Source: Opitutia bacterium (GTDB lineage: Bacteria; Verrucomicrobiota; Verrucomicrobiia; Opitutales; Opitutaceae). From it: 64,000 bases of DNA. The stretch is taken from assembly GCA_947478395.1 (NCBI GenBank), contig CANJVR010000002.1, forward strand, positions 448,001-512,000, written 5' to 3'. Every line of letters starts with the position of its first letter. Position 1 is the stretch's first letter. The notes under the pieces were generated by a model. It made no database searches. It saw only the letters and a program-made list of their open reading frames with translations, and had not been told where the DNA came from. The position numbers and the translations under genes are program-made. Positions 59,837 to 64,000 of the stretch are shown here, piece by piece.

Positions 59837-59950
59837 AAGTCGGCCGGATTTCGCAGCAAGATCTTGGGTTGACGACCGCTAAATCCGTCCCGGAAGACCC
59901 GACCACCTGACGAAAAGTGCCGGGATCTCCGAGTCTGGCTTGCTCGGCGC

Positions 59951-60862
59951 CTAGCGCAAAACTTTCCCCTTCATCACGTCATCCGGCAGGTCGAGGACTT
60001 CAAACTGAGCGATGGTTTTGAATTTGGTGCGGTCGGAATATTCCCAGACGATTTTTTTGTCGCGGGTGATTTCAAAAACCTGCGCCTGCTGGCCGACATA
60101 GTCCGGACCAAGATCGTTGCATAAAATCGTGTTTCCGTTCGGCAGACGTTGAAAGCCCGTCACGCTGTACAATGGATTTCCCGCGACGTCCTTTTCGCTG
60201 ACTTCCCATACGACCTTCAGGTTAGCATCGAGCTCCTGGAGTTTCCGTCCATCGCCCAACGCGATCAGCAAGTGACCATCCGGCAAGCGCACCGCGAGGC
60301 GAGGATCGCCCTGCACCGGAATTCGGCGCAGCGAATTGCCGCCCGCGTCCAGCTCTTCGACCACATGCTCGGCTTTGCGACACACCAGATAATGGCCATC
60401 GGCCGATTGCCGCGCGGCGCCGAATCGTTCACTTACCTCCACTTGCAAATCCGGGTGCGGCGGAGTGAGCCGCATCTCTTTCAGAACCATTCCCAATGTA
60501 TCGACTTCCACGAGGCGGCACGGTCCGTTCTCCACGACGAGACAGCGGCCATTGGGCAAGGGCTGACAGGACGAAACGTCTGCGCCCGACTCGGCGACGT
60601 ATTCCCAAAGCGTGCGGCCGTCGTCCAGTTTCTCCATGACGCCGCCGGCGTAACTGAAAACGAAATTGCCGTCCGAGGTGGCCCAACAATCGCGCGGGCC
60701 TTTACATGCGAATTCCCAATACACCCGCCCGCTGAGCGAGACCGCCGCGACTTTCCCGCCGACCGGATCCGTGCCAAGAAACGGATGCGCCGCACGAAGG
60801 CCACCGGCGATCGCACCGAAAAACACCAAAGCCCAGAGCGAGAGAGAAGACCGTTTATTCAT
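59951..60862 (-). CDS. Secreted beta-propeller repeat protein
   Basis: Signal peptide; repeated LPNGR/LPDGH/LPNGN and VVWE/IVWEY blade motifs. Confidence 0.75.
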   Translation of the reverse strand: MNKRSSLSLWALVFFGAIAGGLRAAHPFLGTDPVGGKVAAVSLSGRVYWEFACKGPRDCWATSDGNFVFSYAGGVMEKLDDGRTLWEYVAESGADVSSCQPLPNGRCLVVENGPCRLVEVDTLGMVLKEMRLTPPHPDLQVEVSERFGAARQSADGHYLVCRKAEHVVEELDAGGNSLRRIPVQGDPRLAVRLPDGHLLIALGDGRKLQELDANLKVVWEVSEKDVAGNPLYSVTGFQRLPNGNTILCNDLGPDYVGQQAQVFEITRDKKIVWEYSDRTKFKTIAQFEVLDLPDDVMKGKVLR

Positions 60863-61038
60863 AGGGTAAAAGCGGAGAAGAAGTGGGAGATGCGATACCC
60901 ACCCTGCAAATCTTTGCAAACTCAACGCAATGTCGACCCCTCCGAGGCCGCCCCGGAAACCGTATTAGTCCCCTGTAATGCGCTCTTCATTTTTTCGTTT
61001 TTTTGCCCTTCAATCCGAACTGGTACGCTTTCGTTTGC

Positions 61039-61317
61039 ATGAAAAAACCTGAACCACCTGTGACCGGCGTCGCGCATCGCATGCCGCGCACGCGGCCCGG
61101 CGACGCCGATCCACGCATCCGTGCCGTGCGCGCGATCAAGCGCAAACTCACGATCGCCGCGAGCGTGGTCGCGATTGTAATTTTGTGCCTCTTTTTTCCG
61201 CGCGCCCTCGCCTTCGTCGAGCTCGCCGCCCGCGAAATCCGTTACCTCTGGTGGCTGATCGCGATTCTCGCGCTCGGGCTTTGGCTGGCGTTTTTCTTCG
61301 GCAAAAAGCGCGAGTGA
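61039..61317 (+). CDS. Small two-TM membrane protein
   Basis: Two hydrophobic helices with basic flanks; start could be 61039 or 61081. Confidence 0.65.
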   Translation: MKKPEPPVTGVAHRMPRTRPGDADPRIRAVRAIKRKLTIAASVVAIVILCLFFPRALAFVELAAREIRYLWWLIAILALGLWLAFFFGKKRE

Positions 61318-61322
61318 CGTTT

Positions 61323-61344
61323 CGGCCGGCGTCCCTGCCGCTAC
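61323..61344. repeat. REP family B variant arm
   Basis: Reverse complement GTAGCGGCAGGGACGCCGGCCG, between convergent genes. Confidence 0.55.
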
Positions 61345-61380
61345 CTGCCTAACGGGCACGGAAAAAATAAACCGAGGCAC

Positions 61381-61683
61381 TCAACGGCCGTACTTGCCTC
61401 GACCGAGCATGATGTAGCCAGCAAAAATCGTCCAAGTCGGCGCCAGCTCTAGACCGGGAATTACCTCCGGGATCACCGCCACCAGGATTTCCCAGCGCCA
61501 GCCCCAAAGAAGAAGCACGGCAATCACCATCGCACCGTCCCAGACCGGCCAGAGAAAAGGGACCAGCCACTGCAGACCGTCCGCGGCCAGCGCGCACAGC
61601 AACGTCAGCGTGGAGCGGAGCATCCGTGAACCTGCGGGCGGCGTTCCGGGTGCGGCCTCGCGGATGACGATCGTACGTTTCAT
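61381..61683 (-). CDS. Small membrane protein
   Basis: ATGA-coupled to the upstream gene; hydrophobic, with ADGLQ and EVIPGLELAPTWT. Confidence 0.7.
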   Translation of the reverse strand: MKRTIVIREAAPGTPPAGSRMLRSTLTLLCALAADGLQWLVPFLWPVWDGAMVIAVLLLWGWRWEILVAVIPEVIPGLELAPTWTIFAGYIMLGRGKYGR

Positions 61684-62504
61684 CGGCCCTCGTAAAACCC
61701 GGGGATGGCGAAATCCGTGTCGACTGGGGTTTCCCCCGGAAAGAGCACTTGGATCGCGTTGATCCGGGCCGACCCCCAACTCGAGTCAACCGTGAGCCAG
61801 GTTTTCACGAAAGCCGCGATCGTCTTCCGCGCCGCACCGCGCACCGCGACCTCATGGACCAGCGCTTCGTGATTCAACCGGGGCGTGATGTCGGCGAGGG
61901 CCGCGTCGGTCATCTCCTGTCCATTCGAACGCAGCACACCCGTTTTTGCGCGAATTTCCAGGCCTCGGGTATCCACGTTCACCGGGGTGAGCACGCGCAA
62001 CGCCGGGGCGTGAACCACGCAGACTCGAACGCCGTCCTTTTCCAACGCTTCGATTTTCCAGGTGGCTTGCGGCCCCAAGAGCGGAACGTAGTAAAACGCG
62101 CGGCCGACGGCCCGTACCTCCGCCGTGCTATTACCGAAAATGTGCTCGTCGACGTTGGTGAATTTTAGATCGAGATCAATTTTGGCCACGATCAACGGAC
62201 CGAGTTTGTCCGTCGCGGTGACGCGCCCAATTTCCAATTCACTGCTCGAGCTGACGTGACTGCTCTGCAGAAAATTCCCGACGTGCTGCAGAAAACGGCC
62301 CGTGAGGGCCGCGCTTTTCTCGAGCGGTGACGTCGCGGCGCCGACCATTTCCAGCGGCGTGAAATGAGAAAGAAAAAGAAATCCAAAAACGACCGCCACG
62401 ACTGCGACCACCGCTGACGCGACGTATTTCATCGGATTGGTCGTCGGCCGCCGCTGGTCAATGATCTCCAAAATATCCTCTTCGTCTCTATTCGCCGGTG
62501 ACAT
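61680..62504 (-). CDS. Membrane-anchored hypothetical protein (DUF4230-like)
   Basis: Single N-terminal TM followed by a beta/alpha domain; family call tentative. Confidence 0.6.
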   Translation of the reverse strand: MSPANRDEEDILEIIDQRRPTTNPMKYVASAVVAVVAVVFGFLFLSHFTPLEMVGAATSPLEKSAALTGRFLQHVGNFLQSSHVSSSSELEIGRVTATDKLGPLIVAKIDLDLKFTNVDEHIFGNSTAEVRAVGRAFYYVPLLGPQATWKIEALEKDGVRVCVVHAPALRVLTPVNVDTRGLEIRAKTGVLRSNGQEMTDAALADITPRLNHEALVHEVAVRGAARKTIAAFVKTWLTVDSSWGSARINAIQVLFPGETPVDTDFAIPGFYEGR

Positions 62505-62573
62505 GCGTCCAACTTACGCGCGAGCCACGCCTCTGCACGTGAAAAACGAGAAGTTTTCTAGGTCAGATTGAAG

Positions 62574-62662
62574 GTAGGGCGCGTTATCCTTAACGCGCCG
62601 GTTCGGCGCAGCGTTTGTGGTGAGCCGAGTGGCAGCGGCGGGTTAAGGATAACTCGCCCTAC
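62574..62662. repeat. REPIN family A (89 bp, opposite orientation)
   Basis: GTAGGGCGCGTTATCCTTAACGCGCCGG…GCGGCGGGTTAAGGATAACTCGCCCTAC. Confidence 0.88.
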
Positions 62663-62679
62663 CCAAAACATGCGCCGGC

Positions 62680-63501
62680 CTACTGAACCCCAACCAGCGC
62701 GATACGGAAGCCGAGCAGACTCCCGCGATAATCAGGTTCGGTTTTAAAACGCGCCGAGGAACGGCAAAGATCGGCCGAATGAAACCACGCCCCGCCGCGA
62801 TAAACGCGACTGCGGCCGCGCGCCGGTCCCGCGGGGTCGTTCGCCGCCTCTGCCTCGTAGTTACCGTACCAATCGGCGCACCACTCCCACACGTTGCCCT
62901 GCATGTCGTAGAGCCCCCAAGCGTTCGGCTGCTTTTCTCCCACGGCATGCACGCGCTCGTCGCTGTTGCCGGAGTACCAAGCGATTTCATTCAACGGGCC
63001 CGCGTAGCGGCCGTCCGTGCCCGCCCGACACGCATACTCACGCTGCGCCTCCGTCGGTAACGTGAAGGCAAAACCCGCGGACAATCGCCCCGCGGCCCGT
63101 TCCTGCTCCGTGAGCTTCCGGCAAAACGTCATCGCGTCATCCCACGACACCGTTTCCACCGGGAAGTCAGATCCTTTGAAATGGCTGGGATTCGTTCCCA
63201 TGACCGCCTCGTACTGGGCCTGCGTCACGGGCGTCCGCCCCAACCAAAATGATCGCGTCAAGATCACCCGATGCAGGACCTCATCGTCTCGGCGACTGGA
63301 ATCCAAATACGAACTACCCATGACGAACGAACCCGCTGGGATCGTCGCCAGCTCTAGTTTGAGCGCCGGATTCAGATAGGGTTTGCCCGGCTGCGGTCCC
63401 GTCGCGGTGGCGGCGGATAGGCCAAGACTTTCAACCGCGCGACTGGGAACGAGGGCGCCGCCAAGGGAAAGGAGAAAGAAAAAAACCAACCCAGTTTTCA
63501 T
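62680..63501 (-). CDS. Formylglycine-generating enzyme (FGE-sulfatase/SUMF1) domain protein
   Basis: IPAGSFVMGS, VTQAQY, PVETVSW, LPTEAQREYACRAG, NAWGLYDMQGNVWEW, RGGAW, GFR. Confidence 0.92.
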   Translation of the reverse strand: MKTGLVFFFLLSLGGALVPSRAVESLGLSAATATGPQPGKPYLNPALKLELATIPAGSFVMGSSYLDSSRRDDEVLHRVILTRSFWLGRTPVTQAQYEAVMGTNPSHFKGSDFPVETVSWDDAMTFCRKLTEQERAAGRLSAGFAFTLPTEAQREYACRAGTDGRYAGPLNEIAWYSGNSDERVHAVGEKQPNAWGLYDMQGNVWEWCADWYGNYEAEAANDPAGPARGRSRVYRGGAWFHSADLCRSSARFKTEPDYRGSLLGFRIALVGVQ

Positions 63502-63581
63502 GCCGCGCAATTTCGGGAAGTCAGGCGCGAGCGCAATCCCGGAGCGAGCGCGGTTCAACCCCAAGCGAGGCCACGTCCGAG

Positions 63582-63651
63582 GTAGCGGCAGGCGCCCCTG
63601 CCTGCCGAAACGAGGACGCCGATTCCCGCAGACAAGGACGCCCGCCGCCAC
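63582..63651. repeat. REPIN family B (70 bp)
   Basis: GTAGCGGCAGGCGCCCCTGCCTGCCG…GACGCCCGCCGCCAC; inverted homolog of 19972-20041. Confidence 0.85.
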
Positions 63652-63905
63652 CTGGCATCTCGGACCCGGTGATCACCCTTCGTCGCGCGATCATGTCATC
63701 ACCACCACGGCTGACCGCGGGCTCGATGCGTTCAAAATAAAATGGCCGAAGCCAGCGACGGACTGGTCGGAAACAAAGATCACCTGACGGCGTGAAACCC
63801 TTTAAACTCCCGTCAAAAGAGAGAGGAGGCGGTTTCGATTTTTGAATCGTTCCGCCTTTGCGTCGGTCCGCCCGATTCCTTTTCGTGTCGAACGCACCCC
63901 ACCCC

Positions 63906-64000
63906 ATGAGCCCCAAAAACCATTTCATTATCTGGCCGCTCTGCATCCTCGGCCTCGCTCTTTCGCTGCGAGGTGCTGAATCGCCCGTGGCCGAAATACC
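63906..64000 (+). CDS. 5' end of a secreted protein, truncated by the window edge
   Basis: MSPKNHFIIWPLCILGLALSLRGAESP, a signal-peptide-like start. Confidence 0.6.
   Translation, partial: MSPKNHFIIWPLCILGLALSLRGAESPVAEI

Overview
This is a 64-kb GC-rich bacterial chromosomal window with about 47 CDS. Gene content and repeat types suggest an Opitutaceae-like Verrucomicrobiota origin (inference). No rRNA, tRNA, CRISPR array or transposase was seen. Contents in order: SSS transporter, trpF, PL11 rhamnogalacturonan lyase, rlmI, a phosphoesterase and yhaM; a three-gene flavinylation module (FMN-binding protein, ApbE, short RnfD/NqrB-like protein); a type I R-M operon (hsdR-DUF3800-hsdM-yhcG-hsdS) with a compact structured RNA-like element directly after the DUF3800 gene; hrpB, a RidA-family gene, an amidohydrolase and two NCS2 nucleobase permeases; a 16-kb nine-gene MoxR/DUF58/BatA-VWA/DUF4159 envelope operon; usp-mntH/mntR with a candidate operator; monomeric icd; a GH28/SGNH/CE1/CE15 carbohydrate cluster; and DUF2891, OYE, lipocalin, small membrane proteins and an FGE-domain gene. 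The window is dense in REP/REPIN-type palindromes of several families, and some have entered coding sequence (in-frame in hrpB, N-terminus of a DUF4159 gene, stop codon of trpF). The best candidates for poorly described systems are the DUF3800 RNase H-fold protein plus putative ncRNA nested in the R-M operon, the MoxR operon with a caspase-fold pseudo-protease, and the minimal flavinylation module. All calls come from reading motifs by eye; no database searches were run.
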